From IMG/VR virus record IMGVR_UViG_3300010399_000032: a stretch of 64,000 bases of DNA, one strand, 5' to 3'. Positions within the stretch are counted from its first letter, which is position 1; each line of letters begins with the position of its first letter. The position numbers and the translations under genes were made by a program. Below, one piece after another: positions 1 through 8,875 of this stretch. Below the pieces are notes generated by a model that searched no databases, was not told the DNA's origin, and saw only the letters and a list, made by a program, of their open reading frames with translations. The DNA comes from a virus.

Positions 1-392
1 ATATTACAAACACCACATAATAACCCACGAACTTTACCGGTAAAATGATCATGATCTACATGTAAGATATCGTAATGTTCTTTGCATATTTTACAATTAC
101 CGTGTTGGTCATCATATAATTTTATATAATCATCAAAGGTAAAATCTATGATACCTCGGTTAATCCATTGTTTTTCCATAAATTTAGGTCGATATTGTTT
201 TCTATATTCAGCAGCTTTGATCGGATCATAACGTTCTTTAAAAATATTAGGATTATCAGAAATCATTTTATTATATCGATTCTTAGCCATCATTTTCAAT
301 CGATCTTTATGTTTAGCTGTATAAAGCTTCATATAATTTGGATCACTCCTAGGTGGCAAATCTGAATAAATTTCTCGTTTCTTTCGAGCCAT
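1..392 (-). CDS. Endonuclease VII-like (HNH-type) nuclease, 3' end runs off the window; not in ORF track
   Basis: Hand translation from ATG 392: MARKKREIY...QHGNCKICKEHYDILHVDHDHFTGKVRGLLCGVCN. It carries the CxxC...VDHDH..G.VRGLLC..CN Endo VII signature, with a CTAAATA late-promoter motif just upstream. Confidence 0.85.
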   Translation of the reverse strand, partial: MARKKREIYSDLPPRSDPNYMKLYTAKHKDRLKMMAKNRYNKMISDNPNIFKERYDPIKAAEYRKQYRPKFMEKQWINRGIIDFTFDDYIKLYDDQHGNCKICKEHYDILHVDHDHFTGKVRGLLCGVCN

Positions 393-417
393 ATTAATTT
401 CCTAAATTATGTATGGC

Positions 418-426
418 TATTTAGTA
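418..426 (-). promoter_or_regulatory. T4-type late promoter (TACTAAATA) for the Endo VII-like gene
   Basis: TAAATA core in the intergenic gap about 26 nt before the ATG. Confidence 0.55.
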
Positions 427-432
427 AACGCA

Positions 433-2166
433 TTATTTAATTTCTTGCTGATCTTCTATTATAGAGGAAAAATTTCCTTTTTTATGAAAACGAATTATTT
501 TCTCAAACTTATCTAATAATGCATCTGTCTTATGACTAATAACAATTGTATTAGTTCCATCAAGTAAGTCAAGCATTATTTTAAGGAAATCATCAACACC
601 ATTACCATCTAGGGATGAATCAAAAATTTCATCCAATATCAATAGGTTAGTATTAACAGAATTCTTGAGGCGAGCCACTTTTCTCCATGTAAAGAGTATT
701 GCTAGGTCAATTCGCATCTTTTCTCCCTCGGAAAAGTTCTGATAGGAAAATTCATCCCTATACCTAGACCTTATTGTTTCCTCAAAATTTTCGTTCATAT
801 TAAAATCAACAAAGAAACCCATATCGGTAAGGTATTTGTTGACTTGCTTATTGATAATGGGAATATATTGCTTAATGATTTTAGATTTGATACCACCATC
901 CTTAAGGAGATTGACGGCAACCTCTAGGTATTGCCGATCATCAAGTAAGTCAGATTTCTTAGCTTCCAGTTCACGGAGTTCCCTACGTTTATTTTGGAGG
1001 GCTTCTGTGTTCTGGGCAATTAACTGGTCATCAGATTGGAATCTGGTGATTGTTTGGGTTAGAGATTGGATGTTTTCAGAATAGCTTTGGATGACGGACT
1101 GTTTGGAAATGATTTCTTCTGCCAATTTTTGAGCAGCCGATTGCGATCCCACCAAATTGGTAATGTTCCGTTGAGTTTGGTCGATTTTGGTATGAAGGTC
1201 AGACAAGGCGGAGGAAATTGTGGTAATTTTCCGCCCGGCCTCAAATAATGCCGTAGCCTTAAATTCTCCATCGATAGTCTGTTTACACGTAGGGCAAGTG
1301 TCACTGTGATCATAGAATTCAACATCCTTTTTATGCCTCGTAATGTTATGTTCAATTTTAACTTGGAGAGCAAGGAGTTCCTTGTTCTTTGCCAAAAGAT
1401 TTGGTAGGTCCTTGGTTGTATCAAGGAGTGCATTCTTCTTATTGGTCAGAACTTCTATTTCCTTGGTCAATCTATCAATATCGACCTGGTATTGGGTCTT
1501 ATTGGCTTCCAGCCCTGCAACTTTCTCAGCCACATTTTCCTTGGAACTTTTGAGATTCTTGACCAGGAGTTCTTCGGTTTCAATAGTTGAAGCTAATTTA
1601 ATTGCATTCTGTTGAAATTGTTCCTTGTTTTCCTGGAGTTTGGTCTTTGCTATACCACCCATAACCGAGAATACCTGGATATCCAGAAGGTCTTCAATTA
1701 CAATACGCCGGTCAGCAGGAGTTAATTGCATGAATGGCACAAAAGAAGCTGAACCTAAAATAACAATCTGGGAGAATGATTTAGGTGTCATTTTAAGGAT
1801 ATGAGAATTCACAAAATCCTGGTAATCAAGAGTTGTTGAATTCTGATCGATTAAGCGACCATCCTTATATACCTCAAAGATATTAGGCTTCATTCCTCGA
1901 ATGATCTTATAGTTATGATTATCCGCAAAGAATTTTAATTCAACCAATAGGTCGCGCCCATTAACAGAATTTAATAATTGTGGCTTATTGATTTTCCTAA
2001 AAGGTTTTCCAAATAGAGCAAAGGTCAGGGCATCCAGAATTGTGGATTTCCCTGACCCATTTTCACCAATCATGAGTGTGGTTTTGGTCGTATTGAGCTT
2101 AACTTCCGTCCATACGTTGCCTGTTGAAAGCAGGTTTTTCCATCTAATCGTTTTGAATGTGATCAA
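433..2166 (-). CDS. 46: Recombination endonuclease ATPase subunit (gp46, Rad50/SbcC-like)
   Basis: Walker A GENGSGKS, CPTC zinc hook, FSEGEKMRIDLA signature, LILDEIFD Walker B. Confidence 0.97.
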   Translation of the reverse strand: MITFKTIRWKNLLSTGNVWTEVKLNTTKTTLMIGENGSGKSTILDALTFALFGKPFRKINKPQLLNSVNGRDLLVELKFFADNHNYKIIRGMKPNIFEVYKDGRLIDQNSTTLDYQDFVNSHILKMTPKSFSQIVILGSASFVPFMQLTPADRRIVIEDLLDIQVFSVMGGIAKTKLQENKEQFQQNAIKLASTIETEELLVKNLKSSKENVAEKVAGLEANKTQYQVDIDRLTKEIEVLTNKKNALLDTTKDLPNLLAKNKELLALQVKIEHNITRHKKDVEFYDHSDTCPTCKQTIDGEFKATALFEAGRKITTISSALSDLHTKIDQTQRNITNLVGSQSAAQKLAEEIISKQSVIQSYSENIQSLTQTITRFQSDDQLIAQNTEALQNKRRELRELEAKKSDLLDDRQYLEVAVNLLKDGGIKSKIIKQYIPIINKQVNKYLTDMGFFVDFNMNENFEETIRSRYRDEFSYQNFSEGEKMRIDLAILFTWRKVARLKNSVNTNLLILDEIFDSSLDGNGVDDFLKIMLDLLDGTNTIVISHKTDALLDKFEKIIRFHKKGNFSSIIEDQQEIK

Positions 2167-3224
2167 TTGAAATCCATAGTCAGTGCTTCGGTATGAATAC
2201 CTAGCATTAATTTCTTAAGTTTATCAGAATCTACAGCTAAAGTCAAACTATCTATGTAATGTGATAATAGAGTTGGGGTATCTTCCGCAGCATCAACAGT
2301 ATCTTCGGCTGTATCAATAAAATTTGTTACATCTTCAACCACGGTAATATCATGTGGATTGGCCTTATAAAGTGCATCAAGGAAAGTTTCAAAGGCATAT
2401 AGATCATTTTTGGAGGCTGCCACCACTTTGACATATGAATTGGCTAAACCTTCCGGATCAACCTGTTGTTTCGCAGGATCCCGATCATCATATGAAATCA
2501 TACGGAACATATGATAGGGGTTTTGCAGGAATTCTAAGGATCGGGATTCAGTATCAAAAATACTAAACCCACGAGGATCATTATAGTCACTCCAATTATG
2601 CTCAGTAAAAGCGCCGAGATACCTAATATTGCCAATACGGCTAGGATGATGGAAATGCCCAGAATACACAATAGGAAAATCTTGAAATAATACAGGGTCC
2701 ATACCATGGTCAGATATACGCCCTTTAAGTTCTTCAAAACCCTTAAGATCAAGGTGGGAAAAAATGATATTAGTGAACTTTTTTGCATGATCTAACATTT
2801 CTAATGTTTCAGCTTGGTTCTCGGGGGTGATCCAAGGCAATAACAAAACATCCGTACCACCAAAATCAACCAGGGTTGGAACGGAATAAATCTTAATATT
2901 TTGATAACGACTACCTACCAATTCCCTTAAGGAATTGATTTCATGGGTATTCTTGAAATATTCATCATGGTTACCCGCGAGAATATGGATAGGAATACCT
3001 AAATCATTCAAAGGTTGAAGGAAATCAACCCGGGCTCGATGAGCGGTAACAAAATTCACATACTTGCGGCGATCATACAAATCACCCAAATGAACAATAG
3101 CATCAAACTTACGATTCTGGGCTTCGGTAATAAACCAATCAGTAGATTTTTTGAAGTAATCATAAAAGACTTGGTCATCATTGCGAATTCCATAATGGGT
3201 ATCGGTAATTAATCCGAGTTTCAT
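2163..3224 (-). CDS. 47: Recombination endonuclease nuclease subunit (gp47, Mre11/SbcD-like)
   Basis: DTHYG, HLGD, GNHD and SGHFH metallophosphoesterase motifs; adjacent to gp46. Confidence 0.97.
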   Translation of the reverse strand: MKLGLITDTHYGIRNDDQVFYDYFKKSTDWFITEAQNRKFDAIVHLGDLYDRRKYVNFVTAHRARVDFLQPLNDLGIPIHILAGNHDEYFKNTHEINSLRELVGSRYQNIKIYSVPTLVDFGGTDVLLLPWITPENQAETLEMLDHAKKFTNIIFSHLDLKGFEELKGRISDHGMDPVLFQDFPIVYSGHFHHPSRIGNIRYLGAFTEHNWSDYNDPRGFSIFDTESRSLEFLQNPYHMFRMISYDDRDPAKQQVDPEGLANSYVKVVAASKNDLYAFETFLDALYKANPHDITVVEDVTNFIDTAEDTVDAAEDTPTLLSHYIDSLTLAVDSDKLKKLMLGIHTEALTMDFN

Positions 3225-3439
3225 CCGGACCTCTTAACATACATTGGTTGGTCTCTCACAATATGTATAGGATGGGTCTGCTCGATATCAAAATCCTTGA
3301 TAGCAGCCTCAATTTCTACCTGAATAGCTTCCAATGTGTTACGGTAATTTGTTCGAATGTTGGTGGGGTTCCGTGTATCCCTGAGATTATCCAATAAGTT
3401 CTGGATCGGGATCGGTAGGTTCAATTTTTCCTTGATCAT
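3221..3439 (-). CDS. Hypothetical protein
   Basis: GGAG SD, ATGA overlap with gp47, lies between gp55 and gp47. Confidence 0.6.
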   Translation of the reverse strand: MIKEKLNLPIPIQNLLDNLRDTRNPTNIRTNYRNTLEAIQVEIEAAIKDFDIEQTHPIHIVRDQPMYVKRSG

Positions 3440-3989
3440 TCATTATCTCCTGTCGGGCAAACTTTTGCAGCCCCTTCAGTTCCTTACGCTTGCGTTTCTT
3501 TTCGGCTTCTTTAGCCTCAAATCGTTCCATAAAGGCATTGATGTTATCATACATTTTACCTGAAACAACTCGATTATCATCTTCATCTACCAAATCAGAT
3601 GAATCAATCAAAGTATCTCGGAAAAACTTGTACTTGGTATAACGATCTTTTTCCTCTTTGGCTATACGACGCAGGAAGGCATAATACACGACCTGAGTAA
3701 AATATGCAAATGGATTCTGATATCTAACAGGATCAAAATCATGAAAGTACACCATACAATTCTCGATAGCATCGGCAATCATTTCATCCCGAAAGGAATA
3801 ATTGATAAACCTCGGCATGGTGGACAATCGTGTAGCAATACGAACTATGCAGTCTCCTAGGTAGTTGGTTAGTTGTGGTGGTGTTTTTCCTTCTAGTTTA
3901 TTTTTTTCAATTATCTCTCTATATTTGACTATTTCAGAATAAAATTTCTTATTATCAATATAATTGGCTTTTTCTTTCTTTTCGTTCAT
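3387..3989 (-). CDS. 55: Late transcription sigma factor (gp55); start probably ATG 3989 (track start 4004)
   Basis: NYIDNKKF, FINYSFRDEMIADAIENC and NPFAYFTQVVYYAFLRRI motifs; AGGA SD before 3989. Confidence 0.95.
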   Translation of the reverse strand: MNEKKEKANYIDNKKFYSEIVKYREIIEKNKLEGKTPPQLTNYLGDCIVRIATRLSTMPRFINYSFRDEMIADAIENCMVYFHDFDPVRYQNPFAYFTQVVYYAFLRRIAKEEKDRYTKYKFFRDTLIDSSDLVDEDDNRVVSGKMYDNINAFMERFEAKEAEKKRKRKELKGLQKFARQEIMNDQGKIEPTDPDPELIG

Positions 3990-4047
3990 TTTTCCTATTG
4001 CCATTGATGTAAAAGTACATTACGCTCCGCGCGTCCATTAGATTCGT

Positions 4048-4128
4048 TTAACGTTCCTTAGTAACTTTCCGTGTTTCTACTATTCGATACTTTTCGAACT
4101 TCTTAGTTAATTTCGATATTGCTTCCAT
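4048..4128 (-). CDS. Putative 26-aa small ORF (MEAISKLTKKFEKYRIVETRKVTKER)
   Basis: Strong SD GAGGAG spaced correctly before the ATG; sits in the gap upstream of gp55. Confidence 0.35.
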   Translation of the reverse strand: MEAISKLTKKFEKYRIVETRKVTKER

Positions 4129-4180
4129 ATTATTCTCCTCTCCAACCGAAGTGGTGAGCGAACGAAGTGAAGCGAACTCG

Positions 4181-4660
4181 CTACGCGACCTCTCCTCCAC
4201 TCTCCTTACCTTTTCTAGAGGCCAGGAGTGTTTCCAGTAGAACCAAACCTTCCTGATTCGTTAGGTCCTCCTTTTCCACTATATCTGGGTTGTTGCTGAT
4301 AGGAGGAACATTATGTTCGGCCTTAAGCTCCTCAGCATCTTTTTCAGTAAAATATTGTTGGTAGTGTGAAACTAATCGGGGGTGGGGCGTTCCATATGTG
4401 ATAATGTCCGATTCATAAATTTTGAATTCCTGATCCTTAACGATAATAGGTAACACCCACTCAATAAGTGAAATGGTTAACCTTTCGTGAGGATCAGGAT
4501 TTTTTGATTCCTGATCATAGAAATAAAGGACTTTAAGAGGGTTATACAATACAAAGTGAGAATCTTCCACGTCATCGGCATCAACCATTAAAGTCTCCGC
4601 AATTAGGTCTTCACCGGTGACCAAACGGACAAAGTGAATCGATGTTTGAGATTCAATCAT
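4181..4660 (-). CDS. Conserved T4-like hypothetical protein (Sm-like N-terminus) downstream of uvsW
   Basis: RLVTGEDLIA..L.NPL pattern and synteny. Confidence 0.7.
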   Translation of the reverse strand: MIESQTSIHFVRLVTGEDLIAETLMVDADDVEDSHFVLYNPLKVLYFYDQESKNPDPHERLTISLIEWVLPIIVKDQEFKIYESDIITYGTPHPRLVSHYQQYFTEKDAEELKAEHNVPPISNNPDIVEKEDLTNQEGLVLLETLLASRKGKESGGEVA

Positions 4661-4662
4661 TT

Positions 4663-6141
4663 TTATGTTTCCTTGAGTTGGATTCTGTATGTTTTGAATG
4701 GAAATTTTTCCTCACTGTATAGGTTAAGACGGGCCCTAAAGTGCCTTAGGGTATGGTTTTCATGGGTTTTATAATGTAGATCATCAGCTATGTCATACAA
4801 TACGGCTACATCTTTATTCTGATTCAGACGTAATGCTCGCCCAATGGATTGTAAGACACGGATTCGAGATTTTGAGGGGGCGGTAAAGATGATATTATGT
4901 AGGTTTTGGATATTTATACCGGTTGAAAAGGTTCCTACGGAAGCGATGATAATACAGTTAGATTCCGTTTCAACCAGTTTTCGGATTTCTTCCCTAATTT
5001 CCACATCAGTTTTACCATACACAAAATAGACATTCCTTCCGGTTCCCTCCAATTTCTTCCGGATCATTTCCTCAAGAATCATACCATGTTTCTTCACATA
5101 CTGGAATAATACCAGGGTGTTTTTGGTCATAGCTACGGCCAGATTGGCAATATATTTATTCCTGGTTTCATTTAGGACCAGGAATTCAATTTCTTCCTGA
5201 TAAGAGGCACCCTTAAGGGCTTTCTTGATATGATCTGGATATTCCAGGACTAATCCATTGATTGCAAACTCTGCGGCAAATTTCTGTTTGATTAATTCAT
5301 GGGTTGAAATAACTCGGTGTACCGGCCCGAACAACCCTTCCAATACCATTTGGTGGGTCTTAGTGCCATCTAATGTTCCGGTGGTACCAATCCTGAATTC
5401 TGCATTAATCAAATTGGACATAATGTATTGGATGGACTTGGCCGTGAATAAATGCGCTTCATCCCCGATCACAAAATCGAATTGCTCGAAAAATTCAGGT
5501 GGCATTGTATAGAGACTTTGCCATGTCGATATGGTAATTGGCTTCTTGGAGTCTTTATCCTGCCCCTGATATATCTTATGTATCAGGGAACCAAACGGTA
5601 ACCCATTGTTTTCCGAATACTCGATAAAATCCCCTGCCATTTGTTCAACCAGGTTAATCGTAGGGACAATAATAAGCCCCTTTTTGTACTTTTTAGCGAG
5701 AAGGAAGTTAATGAGGAGATAGATAATAAGTGATTTACCGGAAGCTGTTGGGGAGAGAAGTAAGATTCTTTGTCGATTAATCGCTGAAATGACAGCATCC
5801 AATTGATATTCCCTAGGATCATGCTTCGGATTGAGTTTTTGGGTGAAAGTTTGAATTTCATCCAAGGTAACGTTGAATGAGTCATCATCTTCATAATCAT
5901 ATTCATAATTATTATCCTTACAGAAAGCTTTAATCTCGGTGACCAATCCGCGATAGATTTTATTCCATCGTCGGTCAAATAAGCGTATTTTACCATCCCA
6001 TCGGTGGTTTTTATATGCTGGAGTAAATCGGGCTCCAGGAACCTCAAAGGTAAACTTATCGGCTAATTCTAACGCAATGCCTTTATCGCATTGAATTTGT
6101 ACCCAGGTCTGATTAATGTTCTTGATAGTTAAGTCAGGCAT
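4663..6141 (-). CDS. uvsW: DNA helicase UvsW
   Basis: PREYQ, SPTASGKS, DEAH, GTTGT and LQSIGR SF2 motifs. Confidence 0.96.
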   Translation of the reverse strand: MPDLTIKNINQTWVQIQCDKGIALELADKFTFEVPGARFTPAYKNHRWDGKIRLFDRRWNKIYRGLVTEIKAFCKDNNYEYDYEDDDSFNVTLDEIQTFTQKLNPKHDPREYQLDAVISAINRQRILLLSPTASGKSLIIYLLINFLLAKKYKKGLIIVPTINLVEQMAGDFIEYSENNGLPFGSLIHKIYQGQDKDSKKPITISTWQSLYTMPPEFFEQFDFVIGDEAHLFTAKSIQYIMSNLINAEFRIGTTGTLDGTKTHQMVLEGLFGPVHRVISTHELIKQKFAAEFAINGLVLEYPDHIKKALKGASYQEEIEFLVLNETRNKYIANLAVAMTKNTLVLFQYVKKHGMILEEMIRKKLEGTGRNVYFVYGKTDVEIREEIRKLVETESNCIIIASVGTFSTGINIQNLHNIIFTAPSKSRIRVLQSIGRALRLNQNKDVAVLYDIADDLHYKTHENHTLRHFRARLNLYSEEKFPFKTYRIQLKET

Positions 6142-6584
6142 TAAGTCTCGCCTCGGGTGAATCTGAGATATTCATTATAGTTCCGGAATTGCCAGGTACG
6201 ATTGTTAAGTTCCTTAAGGATATATTCACAGGTTTTGACAATTTCCTCATAATTGGCTTTTCTCATAAGGAGGGTATTAAGTTCCTTATCACCATCGATA
6301 TATTTCTGAGCGCCGGCCGATGTTGATGTTTTCATCCAAGGTTCCGTAAATCCGTATTTTTCCAAGTCTTCCTTATTATTCAAGTCACCTTTATAATAAT
6401 CCGTCTTAATGGATTTTTGTTCATTGTAGTTAGCCGTAACCTTTTTGGCCAAAACCGAATTGGTGGCCATGATCCTGGTATATTTGGCATGTAGTTTGGA
6501 AATGTTTAGGTTTTCATCCAAGATGTTGGTTCGGTCAATCTCAGAATCCTTTTCCCATTCATCCAAGAGCGTCACAATATCCAT
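6141..6584 (-). CDS. uvsY: Recombination mediator UvsY
   Basis: WEKDSEID..LHAKY..YYKG..LKELNNRTWQ pattern; adjacent to uvsW. Confidence 0.9.
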   Translation of the reverse strand: MDIVTLLDEWEKDSEIDRTNILDENLNISKLHAKYTRIMATNSVLAKKVTANYNEQKSIKTDYYKGDLNNKEDLEKYGFTEPWMKTSTSAGAQKYIDGDKELNTLLMRKANYEEIVKTCEYILKELNNRTWQFRNYNEYLRFTRGET

Positions 6585-6609
6585 AGTATATCTCCATGTA
6601 GATCATACT

Positions 6610-6638
6610 AATCTAGCAAAAAAAACTAATAAAGGCAA
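6610..6638 (-). promoter_or_regulatory. Host sigma70-type promoter for uvsY-uvsW (TTGCCT-N17-TAGATT, with GCTA extended -10)
   Basis: 17-nt spacer; GCTAGAT resembles the alphaproteobacterial -10 element. Confidence 0.5.
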
Positions 6639-6686
6639 CAAATTTCTTTGCTATTTCAACTATCTATCATCCTAAATGCGAGAAAG

Positions 6687-7223
6687 TTAGAGTCTCTGGA
6701 TTTCGAAATAGTCGTATTGGAAAGTCAGGTCGAAGGTGAGGGTGTTTTTGGCATCATCCGCATTATTATACATGAGCATTCCTAGATAGGTGGGATGACA
6801 ATTGGCGAATTTTATTTGCATGAGTGGGTTATTAGCATTGGTGTTAATGGTCATGATGCCATCCACATACAGAGTTTTTAACGGAAAATCTGTATTGATC
6901 ATATGCTTATTTTTGATGTATTCCGAATATGCGGTTGGTGTAGTCAGACCTTTCATCCATTCATATGTTTCCTGCCAAGTCTTTAGGTCTTCATCACATA
7001 AAGCTGTAAGGTTGATAGGATCATAGTTGAGGTGATCCGAATGTCTCCAAATCTGGGCATGAGGATTTCCTTGTGGTGCTGGTGTGTTAGAGACGGATGG
7101 CAGAATAGCAGATGCCAGGAAATATTTAAGGAATGGTAATTGAGGGAATATCAGGGTGTATTGCGTTGATTGCGCAAGTGAGATATTTTGTGGTTGCGTT
7201 GTAAGTTGTGATTGCTGTGACAT
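6687..7223 (-). CDS. 3: Tail completion / tube terminator (gp3-like)
   Basis: DEDLKTWQETYEWMKGL, F.NC.PT.LG and TFDLTFQYDYFEI motifs; located after gp23. Confidence 0.88.
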   Translation of the reverse strand: MSQQSQLTTQPQNISLAQSTQYTLIFPQLPFLKYFLASAILPSVSNTPAPQGNPHAQIWRHSDHLNYDPINLTALCDEDLKTWQETYEWMKGLTTPTAYSEYIKNKHMINTDFPLKTLYVDGIMTINTNANNPLMQIKFANCHPTYLGMLMYNNADDAKNTLTFDLTFQYDYFEIQRL

Positions 7224-7383
7224 TTGACCTCTATACGTGATCCCGTATAAATGATGAATATACGCGGATGTGTATATTTAGGAAGATATTAATTCTGTTT
7301 GTTTAAATCGACCTTTGGTATAAATTGTCGGATCAAAGGTTTCTTTTTTGATTCTAGTATTTTTATTATCTTTGTTTTTCCAT

Positions 7384-7414
7384 AAAAATACCTCCGTAAT
7401 TGCTTACGGAGGTA
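7384..7414 (-). terminator. Rho-independent terminator after gp23
   Basis: TACCTCCGTAA-GCAA-TTACGGAGGTA perfect stem followed by T5. Confidence 0.85.
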
Positions 7415-7484
7415 AGTAGGTTATTTCTCTGAGTTATTATCGAAATATTATTCTAAATAATTACACCAGAGAAAAATGTGTCTG

Positions 7485-8807
7485 TCAGGTCAAATTCCTT
7501 ACACGGAAGATGCGGTAGTAGATATTAGCCTGAGTTGCATTGTTACGATCACCAACCACACCGTCACCGGCGGTGGTAGCAAATGGGTTTGCAACCATTC
7601 CATACCTGGTCTTGAAACCGATCTTTGGCTGGAAGGTTTGTGGGTCGATAGCACGAACCATCTGGAGTGGAACGTATGGGCAGTAGAAGATACCTGCGTC
7701 GAATGGTGAAGTTCCCTTGTAACCAACGGTCACAAGTTCATCACCAACCTTTGAACCACCAAAGTATGGATCAATATAAACCTTGATACGACCGTGCATA
7801 ACACCAACAAAGGTATTACCAGTATCGTCAACGTTTAGGTCAACCTGGAGGGCTGGGGTGTAATCGAGAATACCTGCCATTGACAATGCAGATGCAACGT
7901 CAGAAGACACGATAATCACATTACCCTTACCACGCCTAGTAGCACGAGCGATAGCATTACATTCACGTTCAATCTGGAAGACAAGACCCTTGAACTTTTC
8001 AACTGACCAACGACCGTTTGAGTCGGTGTCAAGGTCGAAAGTACCAGCGGTTGTCACACCATACTGAGCACCAGCGGTAGCTGTACGGTAAATCTTACGA
8101 ACAACTTCTCGGTTGATATCAGCGAGGATTTCAGTTGAGAGGATGTTTGAAAGTTCCGTTTCAGCGTCAAGACCGTGGATAGCCTTAAGGTCCTGAGCAA
8201 GTTCCATTGAGTATTCAGCCTTTAGAGCACGAGAGGTTGCAGTAACCGTGGTGCGCTGAATATCAAATGCCATTTCGGCGAAGTAGTTGCCTGAGTCATT
8301 TCCTAGACCTTCAGCGACCGAGGTAGACATACCACCAGCCACACCATAGGTGGTTGAGTCTGATAGTGCGAATACAGGGTCAGTGTTGGTTAGTGAACCA
8401 GAAACGTTACCATTAGCACCGGCAGCATTGGTACCAGAGAAACCGGTATTAGCTTCGTTGAATAGGGCTTCTGTTCCTGACTGTGCAGCATAACGTGAAC
8501 GCATTGCGAAAATCAAACCGGTAGGTCCAGTCATAGGCTGAACACCGCAGATATCGTAAGCGATTAGGTTAGGCAACGCGCGTCGAATCAACGAAATGAG
8601 GATTGGGTCGTAGTTGTTGATTGAAGCACCAGTTGCGTTGGTTGGGGCGCTTTCATTTAGAATCTGAGCTTCCTCAGCCATTGCTTTTTCCTGGTTCTCC
8701 AGGACCAAAGCCGTAACCGCACGGCGGTATGGGTCCTTGATTGGCTTTAGGCCTTCAAAGTCCAGAACGGGCGACCACTTAGATTCTAGCTGTTCTGTTA
8801 GATACAT
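7485..8807 (-). CDS. 23: Major capsid protein (gp23)
   Basis: GVQPMTGPTGLIFAMRSRY, RALKAEYSMELAQDLKAIHGLDAE and FQPKIGFKTRYG motifs. Confidence 0.99.
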   Translation of the reverse strand: MYLTEQLESKWSPVLDFEGLKPIKDPYRRAVTALVLENQEKAMAEEAQILNESAPTNATGASINNYDPILISLIRRALPNLIAYDICGVQPMTGPTGLIFAMRSRYAAQSGTEALFNEANTGFSGTNAAGANGNVSGSLTNTDPVFALSDSTTYGVAGGMSTSVAEGLGNDSGNYFAEMAFDIQRTTVTATSRALKAEYSMELAQDLKAIHGLDAETELSNILSTEILADINREVVRKIYRTATAGAQYGVTTAGTFDLDTDSNGRWSVEKFKGLVFQIERECNAIARATRRGKGNVIIVSSDVASALSMAGILDYTPALQVDLNVDDTGNTFVGVMHGRIKVYIDPYFGGSKVGDELVTVGYKGTSPFDAGIFYCPYVPLQMVRAIDPQTFQPKIGFKTRYGMVANPFATTAGDGVVGDRNNATQANIYYRIFRVRNLT

Positions 8808-8855
8808 CGAATATGTCCTTCTATTGAGTTAGTTATAGTTTTTTCTCATTGATAT

Positions 8856-8862
8856 TATTTAG
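8856..8862 (-). promoter_or_regulatory. Late promoter (CTAAATA) for gp23
   Basis: TAAATA core in the gp22-gp23 gap. Confidence 0.6.
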
Positions 8863-8875
8863 TTTTTTCTGGTTT

